DNA of 64,000 bases from Clostridiales bacterium (GTDB taxonomy: Bacteria; Bacillota; Clostridia; Oscillospirales; Acutalibacteraceae): assembly GCA_036839715.1 (NCBI GenBank), contig DAITDU010000004.1:5917-69916 (forward strand), written 5' to 3'. Below the pieces are notes generated by a model. It saw nothing but the letters and a program-made list of their open reading frames with translations, was not told the origin of the DNA and ran no database searches. The position numbers were made by a program, and so were the translations under genes. Positions 1 to 8,693 of this stretch are shown here, in pieces (within the stretch, counting starts at the first letter, position 1; each line of letters begins with the position of its first letter).

Positions 1-2
1 GC

Positions 3-209
3 ATGAACCCGCGCGGAAGCCACAAAGACCGCCACCAAAAAATTGGCCATGGCTATATCGGTTTGGAAGCCATTGGCCGCATCATTAACCACCCCGCGCT
101 ACAAAACCTGCCGTTTTATCTGGAGACGCCAAACGATATAGACGGCTATGCAGGAGAAATCGCTCTTCTGAAAAGCCTGTACCATGAAAATGGGAACAGC
201 CAGGTATGA
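3..209 (+). CDS. nfo: Endonuclease IV (AP endonuclease 2 family), C-terminal fragment; 5' end lies outside the window
   Basis: ORF 3..209. The sequence [13 protein letters not shown]...PFYLETP matches the remembered Nfo C-terminus. Its stop overlaps the next start (ATGA). Confidence 0.8.
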   Translation: MNPRGSHKDRHQKIGHGYIGLEAIGRIINHPALQNLPFYLETPNDIDGYAGEIALLKSLYHENGNSQV

Positions 210-682
210 AGAATTGCTGGCATTTTGACTCTCCCATTGGTCTGCTTACTATTGCGGAAGACGGTATTGGCATTACGGATTTGTTTCTCCGCAAAAATCA
301 AATTTTCAAAGGATTTCAGGAAAAAAGGACGCCGCTGCTCCAGGAAGCGCAGCGGCAGCTCGGCGCGTATTTTGCAGGAAAGCTGCGGGAATTTCAGCTT
401 TCTCTTTCCCTACATGGGACGAATTTCCAGCTTGCAGACTGGGCAGCCCTGCAAACGATTCCCTATGGAGAAACCCGCAGTTACGGACAGATTGCGGCCC
501 AGCTTGGAAAGCCGGAAGCCTGCCGCGCTGTCGGTGGGGCAAACGGCCGTAACCCTGCCATGATTTTTGTGCCATGCCACCGTGTTATCTGTGCAGACGG
601 AAGTCTTGGCGGTTTTTCCTCTGGGGAAGAAATCAAACGGTTCCTGCTGGAGCTTGAAAAAGCACACAGAAGCAGCGAGTGA
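206..682 (+). CDS. ogt: Methylated-DNA--protein-cysteine methyltransferase
   Basis: 158 aa. Active-site PCHRV motif ([16 protein letters not shown]). Translationally coupled to nfo. Confidence 0.9.
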   Translation: MKNCWHFDSPIGLLTIAEDGIGITDLFLRKNQIFKGFQEKRTPLLQEAQRQLGAYFAGKLREFQLSLSLHGTNFQLADWAALQTIPYGETRSYGQIAAQLGKPEACRAVGGANGRNPAMIFVPCHRVICADGSLGGFSSGEEIKRFLLELEKAHRSSE

Positions 683-739
683 GCCATTCTGGTCGCCGCA
701 GATACTGAGGCCCACAGGAATAAGCGGGGAAAATACCAA

Positions 740-2335
740 TTATCTTTCCCATTTGTCACAAAGGGACATAATTTGGCCGGTAAATGCCACAAGGTCTTTG
801 TTTGCTCCATCCTTGTTGTCTTGGATGACACGCGTCAGGCGTTCTTCGGCTGCCAGCAGGCGAGAAAACGCAGAAGAGCTTTCTGCTGTTTTTGCCGGAT
901 ACAGCTTTTCCGGAGCGATTCCCTTTTTAAGGATGCGGTTTTCCGTAAGGTCAGCAACCGCTTCAAAATTCGGGATATAGGCATTGTACCCACGCTTTTG
1001 AAGCTCCTCCAAAAAGGCTTCCGCTGCACGCTCTTCGCCGTGGACGAGGAATACGCGCTGCGGTTTTTTTTGAAAGGCGCTAATCCAGCGGAGCAGGCCG
1101 GAACGGTCTGCATGGCCGGAAAGGGCTTTAAAGTTGGAAATCCGGGCCTTAACTGCAATTTCTTCGCCGAAAAGTTTAACCCGTTTTGTCCCGTCAATCA
1201 GCATCCGGCCGAGCGTCCCTTCCGCCTGATAACCAACAAAGACTATTGTGCATTCCGGGCGCCACAGATTGTGCTTCAGGTGGTGGCGGATTCGTCCGGC
1301 TTCACACATGCCGCTGGAGGAAAGGATTACTTTCGGTACAGGATTGTCATTCAGCGCACGTGATTCCTCCACCGTCTCACAGATATGCAGGTTGGAAAAC
1401 TCAAGCGGGCGGAAACCTTCCCTGATAACACGAATGGTGTCATCATCCGCGTAACCGGTAAGATCCCCGTCATAGATCTTTGTTGCTTCGGCAGCAAGCG
1501 GGCTGTCAACATAGACCGGAAAATCCGGGGCGCTCTGCACCAGGTTCTGCTCTTTCATCTCGCGGATAAAATACAGAAGCTCCTGAGTGCGGCCGACCGC
1601 AAAACTTGGAATAATAACATTGCCGCCCGCAGCAAAGGTTTCGTCAAAGACTTTGGCAAGTTCAGGAATATAGTTGGCAATCGGAGCGTGATCACGATCC
1701 CCATAAGTGGATTCCATAATGACATAGTCCGCTTCCGTGATATACTGCGGGTCACGGATAATCGGCTGGCTGAGGTTCCCAATATCACCGGAGAAAACGA
1801 TCTTTTTTGTTGCGCCGTTTTCCGTCACCCATACTTCGACAGATGCGGAACCAAGCAGGTGTCCCGCATCCACCATGCGAAAGGAAATTCCGTCACAGAG
1901 TTTTACTGTTTCGCCGTAGGTGCAAGGCACAAAGTGTGGAAACGTTGCTTCGGCGTCCTCTACCGTATAGAGCGGCCCTTGGGGGGCAAGGCCGGCACGG
2001 CGGCCTTTGCGGCTGTTCGTTACAGCATCCATCTCCTGGATATGCGCACTGTCGCGCAGCATGATTTTTATCAGGTCACAGGTTGCACCCGTAGCGTAGA
2101 TTTTTCCCTGATAGCCCTCTTTCACGAGAAGGGGCAGACGGCCGCTGTGGTCGATATGCGCATGAGTTACAATGACACTGTCAATCTGGGAAGCGTAAAA
2201 TGGCAGCCTGTTGCTTGCCAAGTCATTCGAGCTTTGCCGGAGGCCGCAGTCAATCAGGATTTTCTTTCCACAGGCTTCCAGGCAGTGACAACTCCCAGTA
2301 ACTTCCCTGTCTGCACCGTAAAACACCAGTTGCAT
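740..2335 (-). CDS. MBL-fold metallo-hydrolase of the beta-CASP / RNA-metabolising nuclease family
   Basis: 531 aa. N-terminus MQLVFYGADREVTGSCH and THAHIDHSG (HxHxDH) are typical of beta-CASP nucleases. Confidence 0.8.
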   Translation of the reverse strand: MQLVFYGADREVTGSCHCLEACGKKILIDCGLRQSSNDLASNRLPFYASQIDSVIVTHAHIDHSGRLPLLVKEGYQGKIYATGATCDLIKIMLRDSAHIQEMDAVTNSRKGRRAGLAPQGPLYTVEDAEATFPHFVPCTYGETVKLCDGISFRMVDAGHLLGSASVEVWVTENGATKKIVFSGDIGNLSQPIIRDPQYITEADYVIMESTYGDRDHAPIANYIPELAKVFDETFAAGGNVIIPSFAVGRTQELLYFIREMKEQNLVQSAPDFPVYVDSPLAAEATKIYDGDLTGYADDDTIRVIREGFRPLEFSNLHICETVEESRALNDNPVPKVILSSSGMCEAGRIRHHLKHNLWRPECTIVFVGYQAEGTLGRMLIDGTKRVKLFGEEIAVKARISNFKALSGHADRSGLLRWISAFQKKPQRVFLVHGEERAAEAFLEELQKRGYNAYIPNFEAVADLTENRILKKGIAPEKLYPAKTAESSSAFSRLLAAEERLTRVIQDNKDGANKDLVAFTGQIMSLCDKWER

Positions 2336-2376
2336 TGCGTTTCATTCAACACCTTTCTATTACACTCAATTTACAC

Positions 2377-3129
2377 TCAATTCAGCACAAGTTCCACCGG
2401 ACAATGGTCACTGCCCATAATATCGGAGCGGATATTGCTTTCCGCAACATGGCCTCTTAACCGGTTGGAAACAAGGAAATAATCAATGCGCCAGCCCGCA
2501 TTTGTCTTCCGTGCATGGAAACGGTATGACCACCATGTGTAAGCGCCTGCCTCAGCAGGATGAAGGAAGCGGAAACTGTCGGTAAAACCGGAAGCAAGCA
2601 ACAGAGTCATTTTCTGCCGCTCTTCATCGGTAAAGCCGGCTTGTCCGCGGTTCGGGCCCGGATTTTTAAGGTCAATCTCTTCATGGGCAACATTCATATC
2701 CCCGCAGGCGACGACTGGCTTTTGGGCATCAAGGGACTGGAGATAACCGCGGAATGCATCATCCCACTCCATACGGTATGGCAGCCGGGCAAGGTCCTTC
2801 TGCGAATTCGGCGTGTAGACATCCACGAGAAAGAATTCTGGATATTCAAGCGTAACTGTCCGGCCTTCATCACCAAATTTCTCTCCGCTGAAATCATATG
2901 AAACCGAAATGGGCTTGCAGTGCGTGAATACGGCGGTACCGGAATACCCCTTCCGCATGGCGGAATTCCAGTACTGCAAATAGCCGGGCAAATCAATTTC
3001 TGCCTGCCCCTGCTGCATTTTCGTTTCCTGTAGGCAGAAAGCGTCCGCACCGGAAACTTGAAAAAAATCGCGGAATCCTTTCCCCAGGCAGGCACGCAGG
3101 CCATTTACATTCCATGAAACCAATCTCAC
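2377..3129 (-). CDS. xth: Exodeoxyribonuclease III
   Basis: 250 aa. MRLVSWNVNGLRA N-terminus and C-terminal SDHCPV motif of the ExoIII/APE1 family. Confidence 0.9.
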   Translation of the reverse strand: MRLVSWNVNGLRACLGKGFRDFFQVSGADAFCLQETKMQQGQAEIDLPGYLQYWNSAMRKGYSGTAVFTHCKPISVSYDFSGEKFGDEGRTVTLEYPEFFLVDVYTPNSQKDLARLPYRMEWDDAFRGYLQSLDAQKPVVACGDMNVAHEEIDLKNPGPNRGQAGFTDEERQKMTLLLASGFTDSFRFLHPAEAGAYTWWSYRFHARKTNAGWRIDYFLVSNRLRGHVAESNIRSDIMGSDHCPVELVLN

Positions 3130-3335
3130 TGGCTTCAGCCTCCATCCCTTTCAGAATCTTCTCAATTTTATTTTTTATTATACCATAAGCGGATAAGCCA
3201 GCACAAAATAATCTGTGTGCAGAAAAATCACTGCGCTGTTTATCAAGATTATCTTGAAGGTTACGGGAAATCGGTTTATAATAGGGTGCATCCAAGGCAG
3301 ATTCATGCAAATGAGAAACTGACTGGAGGCTTTGT

Positions 3336-3851
3336 ATGAAATATCCTATCGTCACAATTACAACACCGAACGGCACCATCAAACTTGAGCTTTACCCGGA
3401 TGTCGCACCAAATACGGTCAACAATTTTATTTCCCTTGCAAAGAAAAAGTTTTATGACGGCACCATATTTCACCGTATCATTCCAAAATTCATGATTCAG
3501 GGCGGTGATCCAAAGGGAAATGGCACAGGCGGCCCCGGCTATGCTATCCGCGGTGAATTTACCTCTAACCATTTTCAGAATGACCTGAAGCACGAGCGTG
3601 GCGTCATTTCCATGGCGCGCACGTCAAATCCAAACAGCGCCGGCTCCCAATTTTTCATCATGGTTGAAGACGCCCCATACCTGGACGGTGAATATGCTGC
3701 CTTTGGCAGGGTTATTTCCGGCATGGAAGAAGTAGACCGTATTGTTTCCGTCCCGCGTGATTATGATGACAAGCCTTTAGAAGAGCAAAAAATTGTTTCA
3801 GTTGCCGTCGAAACGTTTGGTGAAACTTATGCGGAACCGCAGAAATGCTGA
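3336..3851 (+). CDS. Peptidyl-prolyl cis-trans isomerase, cyclophilin type
   Basis: 171 aa. FHRIIPKFMIQGGDP and GTGGPGY cyclophilin motifs. Confidence 0.9.
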   Translation: MKYPIVTITTPNGTIKLELYPDVAPNTVNNFISLAKKKFYDGTIFHRIIPKFMIQGGDPKGNGTGGPGYAIRGEFTSNHFQNDLKHERGVISMARTSNPNSAGSQFFIMVEDAPYLDGEYAAFGRVISGMEEVDRIVSVPRDYDDKPLEEQKIVSVAVETFGETYAEPQKC

Positions 3852-3908
3852 GTTCCGCTTTTCTTAATCTTTCTTCTTGAAGAATATTTTTTGATACTGA
3901 TAGGGCAG

Positions 3909-3950
3909 AGTAAAGACGGGGTGGCAGTTTTGCTACCCCGTCTTTACTTT
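3909..3950. terminator. Bidirectional hairpin between convergent ppiase and hypothetical genes
   Basis: 18 bp stem AGTAAAGACGGGGTGGCA / TGCTACCCCGTCTTTACT with one G-T pair. The U-tracts are weak. Confidence 0.55.
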
Positions 3951-4016
3951 CCCACAATCAGCGTCAGATACATCTGCCGCACAAAAAAGGCACTGTGATT
4001 CTGCCGGCTGGCGGCA

Positions 4017-4670
4017 TCATTGCTTTCCGGCTGGAATGGCAGAACTCACATCGGAACTCTGAAGCCGCGACAGGCTCTTCCGGTTGGCTTCCTGCGCCAA
4101 CGGCGTTGTGTACGGAAGCATCATTTGTAACTTTTCATAGGAATCCGCATTCCCATTGTAATAATTTTGAACTTCCTTTAGAATTTCTTGATTTTTCTCA
4201 TCATCTCCATAGATGCCAAAAAAGCACTGTAGTGTCATAAGGTCGTCTGTCTGGTTGTTAGGACAAACGTTCTTGTATTCCTGCATCTTCTGCCGGTATT
4301 CTTTCCAGTTGCTTTTCGTCAATTCCGTCAGTCCGCCTTTGGACAAATCATGCAGCAGTCCGGGAAGCGCTTTTTTTATATTCTTCATTGCCTGAGCGGG
4401 ATCATCAAAAGTACAATACAAATCGTTCACCGTATTGTTGATTTTAACCGCTTTCTTTACAGAGACTCTGCCAATCTGATTGAGGCACTTGCAGTGGCTG
4501 TTTTCTTTGTCAACGGATAGAATTGTCCCGTCCGGAAGCTTTTTCTGGGCGGAAGTTGATACCGGATTCCAGAATGCAGTGAGCCCTGCCACGAAAGCAA
4601 CAGCAAATATTAAAGCTGCAACAAGTAATTTTTTATGCCGATGCATTCTGGGCTGTAATTGTTTATACAC
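4017..4670 (-). CDS. Hypothetical membrane-anchored extracytoplasmic protein
   Basis: 217 aa. One N-terminal TM helix (LLVAALIFAVAFVAGLTAF). I recognise no family. Flanked by a hairpin terminator and an AT-rich upstream region. Confidence 0.5.
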   Translation of the reverse strand: MYKQLQPRMHRHKKLLVAALIFAVAFVAGLTAFWNPVSTSAQKKLPDGTILSVDKENSHCKCLNQIGRVSVKKAVKINNTVNDLYCTFDDPAQAMKNIKKALPGLLHDLSKGGLTELTKSNWKEYRQKMQEYKNVCPNNQTDDLMTLQCFFGIYGDDEKNQEILKEVQNYYNGNADSYEKLQMMLPYTTPLAQEANRKSLSRLQSSDVSSAIPAGKQ

Positions 4671-4960
4671 TGCTTTTTCCTCCCCTTATGAAATGTGTCT
4701 AATATAAAAATATCATGGAAAACTATCCATGCACAGTTGCTGCTGTATTGTCTTCCATTTTCTTAATTCCACGGCTTTTGTAATTTTTCCCTTAGCAGTA
4801 ATATTATAGTATGTATTTTTAATAAATTATATGGAAAAGTATACAAATTTATAAGGTAATTTTCTGCTATGAACTAACTGACAATTTCAATCTTTATATA
4901 GTAAAATAATGGTAATGCTTCAATTTGCCATTTCAAATGGAAAAAGGAGGCAGAGAATAG

Positions 4961-5169
4961 ATGGCAGCTCATAAAAGGGCAAAAAGCTGAAACTGTTTGC
5001 AGGGGTTGACAACGGGGAATACCGGCTTTACGGCAACGAATTATCAGATGAAGGTGAAGGCTCTATCCCGGCCGCCATTACTTCTAAGCAGAATGCAGAC
5101 GGCACCTATAAACTGGAGAAACATGAAATACCGGACAAAATCTTGTTCTCGCTGAAAAATTATTCATGA
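4961..5169 (+). pseudogene. Small ORF interrupted at an A5 run (9-codon ORF plus a 64-codon continuation in the -1 frame); either a frameshifted small gene or a slippage site
   Basis: AAAGGAGG lies 7 nt upstream of ATG 4961. The zero frame stops at 4988..4990. The -1 frame is open from 4975 to TGA 5167..5169 and is protein-like (KLFAGVDNGEYRLYGNELSDEGEG...). A hairpin terminator follows. Confidence 0.3.
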
Positions 5170-5190
5170 TGAATCAGCAACCTGAGAAAA

Positions 5191-5234
5191 AAAGCAGCGG
5201 CTTCGGATTTTTTTAAATCCAGAGCCGCTGCTTT
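5191..5234. terminator. Rho-independent terminator downstream of degV (minus strand); also closes the small plus-strand ORF
   Basis: Long stem AAAGCAGCGGCT...GGATTT / AAATCC...AGCCGCTGCTTT. T7 follows on the minus strand. Confidence 0.8.
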
Positions 5235-5253
5235 TCGTATACTTTATCTTTTG

Positions 5254-6144
5254 TTACGTCTTTAAACCGAAGTCACGGTCTTTCCCAAGATAGAAGAAAT
5301 CAAGTGATCCGGCACCCATGTGCGCGCCAATCACCGGGCCGATACAGGCAATGCGGAAATCTTTAACCCCAAATCGTTTGGCAATCTGCTCCTTGACGTA
5401 CTCCGCACCTTCCAGATATTCGCTATGCCCAATGAATACCGTCTGCTCAGCGGCATCTTCTTCCGTAAGGGCCATATGATCAATCAGCCTGTCGAGTGAC
5501 TGCCGGCGTCCTCGCACTTTTTCAACAAGGATTAGATGCCCCGCATCATCGACATGCATGACCGGCTTTACGCCGAGCATTGTCCCCATCATGGCGACCG
5601 TACCGGAAATCCGTCCGCCGCGGCGCAGGTACATCAGGTTGTCAACGGTAAACCAGTGATGGACACGCAGACGGTTCTGCTCCACCCAGTCCTTAACTTC
5701 GTCAAACGAAGCACCTTGTTTTTTCTTTCTTCCTGCAAGCCAGGCAATCAGCCCTTCTCCAACAGAAGCTGCAAGGGTATCAACAGTGGCAATTTTTCTC
5801 TCGGGATATTTCGAGGCAAGCTCCTTTGCTGCAAGGATAGAATTATTATATGTAGCGCTGAGGCCCGAAGAAAAGCCAAGGTACAGCACGTCTTTCCCTG
5901 CACTCAGATATGGCTCAAAAGCCTCTTTAAAGCGGGCTGTTGTAATCTGGTTCGTCGTCGATAGCTCCCCTGCCGCGAGGCGGCTATAAAATTCTTTTGA
6001 GGAGATTTCGTGCTCATCCGGATAATCCCGGTAAGAATCCGAACCAAGCGTGAAATCCATCGGGATTACGTCCACGTCCGCTTCATCTGCCATCTCTTGT
6101 GACAAATCACCTGTAGAGTCTGTGATAATCCTGTAATCACTCAT
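5254..6144 (-). CDS. DegV family fatty-acid-binding protein
   Basis: N-terminus MSDYRIITDSTGDL is typical of DegV. The ORF track extends to a TTG at 6168; I prefer ATG 6144. Confidence 0.85.
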   Translation of the reverse strand: MSDYRIITDSTGDLSQEMADEADVDVIPMDFTLGSDSYRDYPDEHEISSKEFYSRLAAGELSTTNQITTARFKEAFEPYLSAGKDVLYLGFSSGLSATYNNSILAAKELASKYPERKIATVDTLAASVGEGLIAWLAGRKKKQGASFDEVKDWVEQNRLRVHHWFTVDNLMYLRRGGRISGTVAMMGTMLGVKPVMHVDDAGHLILVEKVRGRRQSLDRLIDHMALTEEDAAEQTVFIGHSEYLEGAEYVKEQIAKRFGVKDFRIACIGPVIGAHMGAGSLDFFYLGKDRDFGLKT

Positions 6145-6264
6145 TTTAAACCGACATCCTTTCTTCAAAAAAAGCGGACCAAAGCCCGTCTTGTATCATC
6201 ATCTTAAACCGTATATAATATTTTTATATCATATTCCTGCTAATACTATCATAATTTTGCTCAA

Positions 6265-7056
6265 GTGCCGGTTATGGAAGTGAAAGAAATGAAAAAAGAA
6301 AATGCTCTTCTGCGGAAACTTCAATTAAAGAAAGTGACGGAAAAGAAAGATCACCTCCTGTATGACCAACGGGAAACGCTTCTGGAACGTCTCCCCTACC
6401 GTGATGAGCGCCGTGCTATTGGATATATCCGAGACGGTGACACGAAAAAGCTGCGCGCTTTTTTGCTTGGTATTGCAGAAAAAGGCGTTTACGTTGGGAA
6501 CCTCTCCGATGACGCACTCCGGCAGGAAAAATATTTGGCCGTTTCTTTCATTACCCTTGCGTCCCGTGCTGTCATTGAGGGTGGTTTACCCGAAGCCGAA
6601 GCCTACTGCCTGAATGACGAGATTATACAGCATGTTGACCAGGCAAAGACTGTCTCCGAGGTACGTATGATAATCTACCGTGCCATTCTGAAATTTACGC
6701 AGCGCGCCCGGGAAAACCGCCGGAAAGGATCAATTACTTCCGGAGCTGTACGCATCTGTATTAATTATATCGACTCACATCTTCATTACAAAATTTCATT
6801 AAGCAGCCTTTCGCGCGCCTGCGGGCTCTCTGCCTCTCACCTTTCGCGGCTTTTCCGCAGGGAAACCGGCCTCTCCCCTACGGTATATATCAGGAAACGA
6901 AAACTGCGTGAAGCAAGGACTCTCCTTCAGGACGTTGGGCTTGACAGCAGCGCAGTGGCAAATACACTTGGCTTCTGTTCACAGAGCTACTTTATCTCCT
7001 GCTTCAAAAAAGAATATGGCATTACACCGGGAGAATTCGCGCGGGAACGAAAATAA
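6265..7056 (+). CDS. AraC family transcriptional regulator
   Basis: 263 aa. C-terminal double HTH (LSRACGLSASHLSRLFRRETG ... GFCSQSYFISCFKKEYGITPGEF). The start is uncertain (GTG 6265, ATG 6274 or 6289). Confidence 0.85.
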   Translation: MPVMEVKEMKKENALLRKLQLKKVTEKKDHLLYDQRETLLERLPYRDERRAIGYIRDGDTKKLRAFLLGIAEKGVYVGNLSDDALRQEKYLAVSFITLASRAVIEGGLPEAEAYCLNDEIIQHVDQAKTVSEVRMIIYRAILKFTQRARENRRKGSITSGAVRICINYIDSHLHYKISLSSLSRACGLSASHLSRLFRRETGLSPTVYIRKRKLREARTLLQDVGLDSSAVANTLGFCSQSYFISCFKKEYGITPGEFARERK

Positions 7057-7249
7057 GCTTTTTATGACAGGTATGTCCTTCTAGGCTTCTCTTCAATTAG
7101 CATTTTATTTACTTATGTGCTAAAATTGTAATAAAATGTAAAATTTTGTAGGAGTATTCGTAATATATCAGTCTTATTTATTCTATTATTAACTAATATT
7201 TTCAATACTTTTCTCCCTAAAAAACAGGCAGTGAAAAAAAGTAAAAAAA

Positions 7250-7276
7250 TTAGCACTCTAGTATTGACAGTGCTAA
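7250..7276 (+). promoter_or_regulatory. CIRCE (HrcA operator) upstream of hsp20
   Basis: TTAGCACTC-TAGTATTGA-CAGTGCTAA. One mismatch to the consensus TTAGCACTC-N9-GAGTGCTAA. Overlaps the -35 hexamer. Confidence 0.8.
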
Positions 7277-7291
7277 AATGTATGCTATAAT
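7264..7291 (+). promoter_or_regulatory. Sigma-A type promoter of hsp20
   Basis: TTGACA (7264..7269), 16 nt spacer, TATAAT (7286..7291). About 120 nt upstream of the start codon. Confidence 0.7.
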
Positions 7292-7411
7292 AAAGCTGTA
7301 CCAAGAAAAGGGAAAGGCACAGAGGACAAATAGCCCGGAGGCTTTTTCCCGGAAGGCAGTAAAACCAATACGGCGGCTTTAACCGTCAGAGTAAAAATGG
7401 AGGAATGACTT

Positions 7412-7879
7412 ATGATGCCTGACTTCTTTGGCGAAAATCTTTTCGATGATTTCTTTACCCCAAACTGGGACGACGAGTTCGATCGTAGCATGAGCCATGC
7501 ACTTGCAAGGCACAGCCCGTTTGGCAAGCGTGCAAGGAACCTGATGAGGACTGATGTCAAAGAGACGGACAAGGATTATCAGATTGCCGTTGACCTGCCC
7601 GGCTTTAAGAAGGAAGATGTCAAAGTCAACCTGAAGGACGGCTTCCTCACGATTGAGGCTGCAAAAAATGAAAATAACAGCGAAAAAGACCAGAATGGAC
7701 GTTACATCCGTCAAGAACGCTACACTGGCTCCTGCGCCCGCAGCTTTTATGTTGGTGACGAGCTGAGGCCGGAAGATATCAATGCAAAGTTTGAGGATGG
7801 TATCCTGAAACTCAGCCTGCCACACAAGGGTGTCAAGCAGCTTCCAGAAAATAACGAACACCTGATTGAAATCAAGTAA
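7412..7879 (+). CDS. Hsp20/alpha-crystallin family small heat-shock protein
   Basis: 155 aa. Alpha-crystallin domain (DVKETDKDYQIAVDLPGFKKEDVKV ... GILKLSLPK-like). GGAGGA SD upstream. Confidence 0.9.
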   Translation: MMPDFFGENLFDDFFTPNWDDEFDRSMSHALARHSPFGKRARNLMRTDVKETDKDYQIAVDLPGFKKEDVKVNLKDGFLTIEAAKNENNSEKDQNGRYIRQERYTGSCARSFYVGDELRPEDINAKFEDGILKLSLPHKGVKQLPENNEHLIEIK

Positions 7880-8027
7880 GACAACCCTACAGCTCTAAAA
7901 TAACAGGCAGCGGTCCTGCTCCGGCAGATTTTCCGGAGCAGGGCCGCTTTATTTGCGCCTATGCAGCAGACAGGTTATAATAAGGAATCATAACACTCCT
8001 CCTTATTGGTGAAAGGATGGTGCTGAA

Positions 8028-8693
8028 TTGGCTGTGATATTTTTAGTCGAAGATGACCAGAAAATCCGAACAGAACTGACCAAGCTGCTAAAAAAGTATG
8101 GATACGAGTGCGATTCTTCTGATGATTTTGCAAATATTGTGGAAATTATCCTAAAGCGGAAACCGCAGCTCGTGCTTCTGGACTTAAACTTACCGGTCTG
8201 TGACGGCTTCTGCATCTGCCGGGAATTGCGCCGGCGCTCGCATATTCCCATTATTGTCGTGACAAGCCGCGACAGCGAGACGGATGAACTGGTAAGCATG
8301 GACCTTGGTGCAGACGATTTTATTACAAAGCCCTATAACACGCAAATTCTGCTCGCACACATTACAGCCGTCCTGAAGCGCACAAATCCGCAAAAAGTTC
8401 CAGGCACCGTCAACTACCGCGGGCTGGAAGTGGATTTTGCAAAAAGTTCCGCAAACGGGCCGGAAGGCTCAACGGAACTGACCAAAAACGAGCTGAAAAT
8501 TCTCGGTCTGTTTTTTTCGGCCCGCGGACGGATTGTCACCCGCGACGAAATTATGAATACGCTTTGGCAGTCCGACGAATTTGTAGACGACAACACACTC
8601 ACGGTCAACATCAACCGCCTGCGCCGGAAGCTCGAAAGCATTGGGGTGCGGGACTACCTTGTCACAAAACGCGGCCAAGGGTATCGGATATGA
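8028..8693 (+). CDS. OmpR-family response regulator (BceR-like)
   Basis: 221 aa. Receiver domain (VEDD...LLDLNLP) plus winged-helix output (TVNINRLRRKLE...TKRGQGYRI). TTG start. Stop overlaps the kinase start. Confidence 0.9.
   Translation: MAVIFLVEDDQKIRTELTKLLKKYGYECDSSDDFANIVEIILKRKPQLVLLDLNLPVCDGFCICRELRRRSHIPIIVVTSRDSETDELVSMDLGADDFITKPYNTQILLAHITAVLKRTNPQKVPGTVNYRGLEVDFAKSSANGPEGSTELTKNELKILGLFFSARGRIVTRDEIMNTLWQSDEFVDDNTLTVNINRLRRKLESIGVRDYLVTKRGQGYRI

Noticed and set aside
7292-7411. RNA thermometer (ROSE/fourU-like) in the ~120-nt hsp20 5' UTR
   Set aside because: I could not find a convincing anti-SD pairing (no U-rich stretch opposite GGAGGA). This would need a folding calculation.
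7113-7572. Two minus-strand ORFs (63 and 95 codons) in the hsp20 upstream region
   Set aside because: They run through the CIRCE/promoter region and antisense into hsp20. Their AT-rich codons and TTG start mark them as spurious.
8564-8689. N-terminal extension of the histidine kinase ORF
   Set aside because: It overlaps the response-regulator coding region in another frame. ATG 8690 gives the typical ATGA coupling and a protein that starts at its first TM helix.
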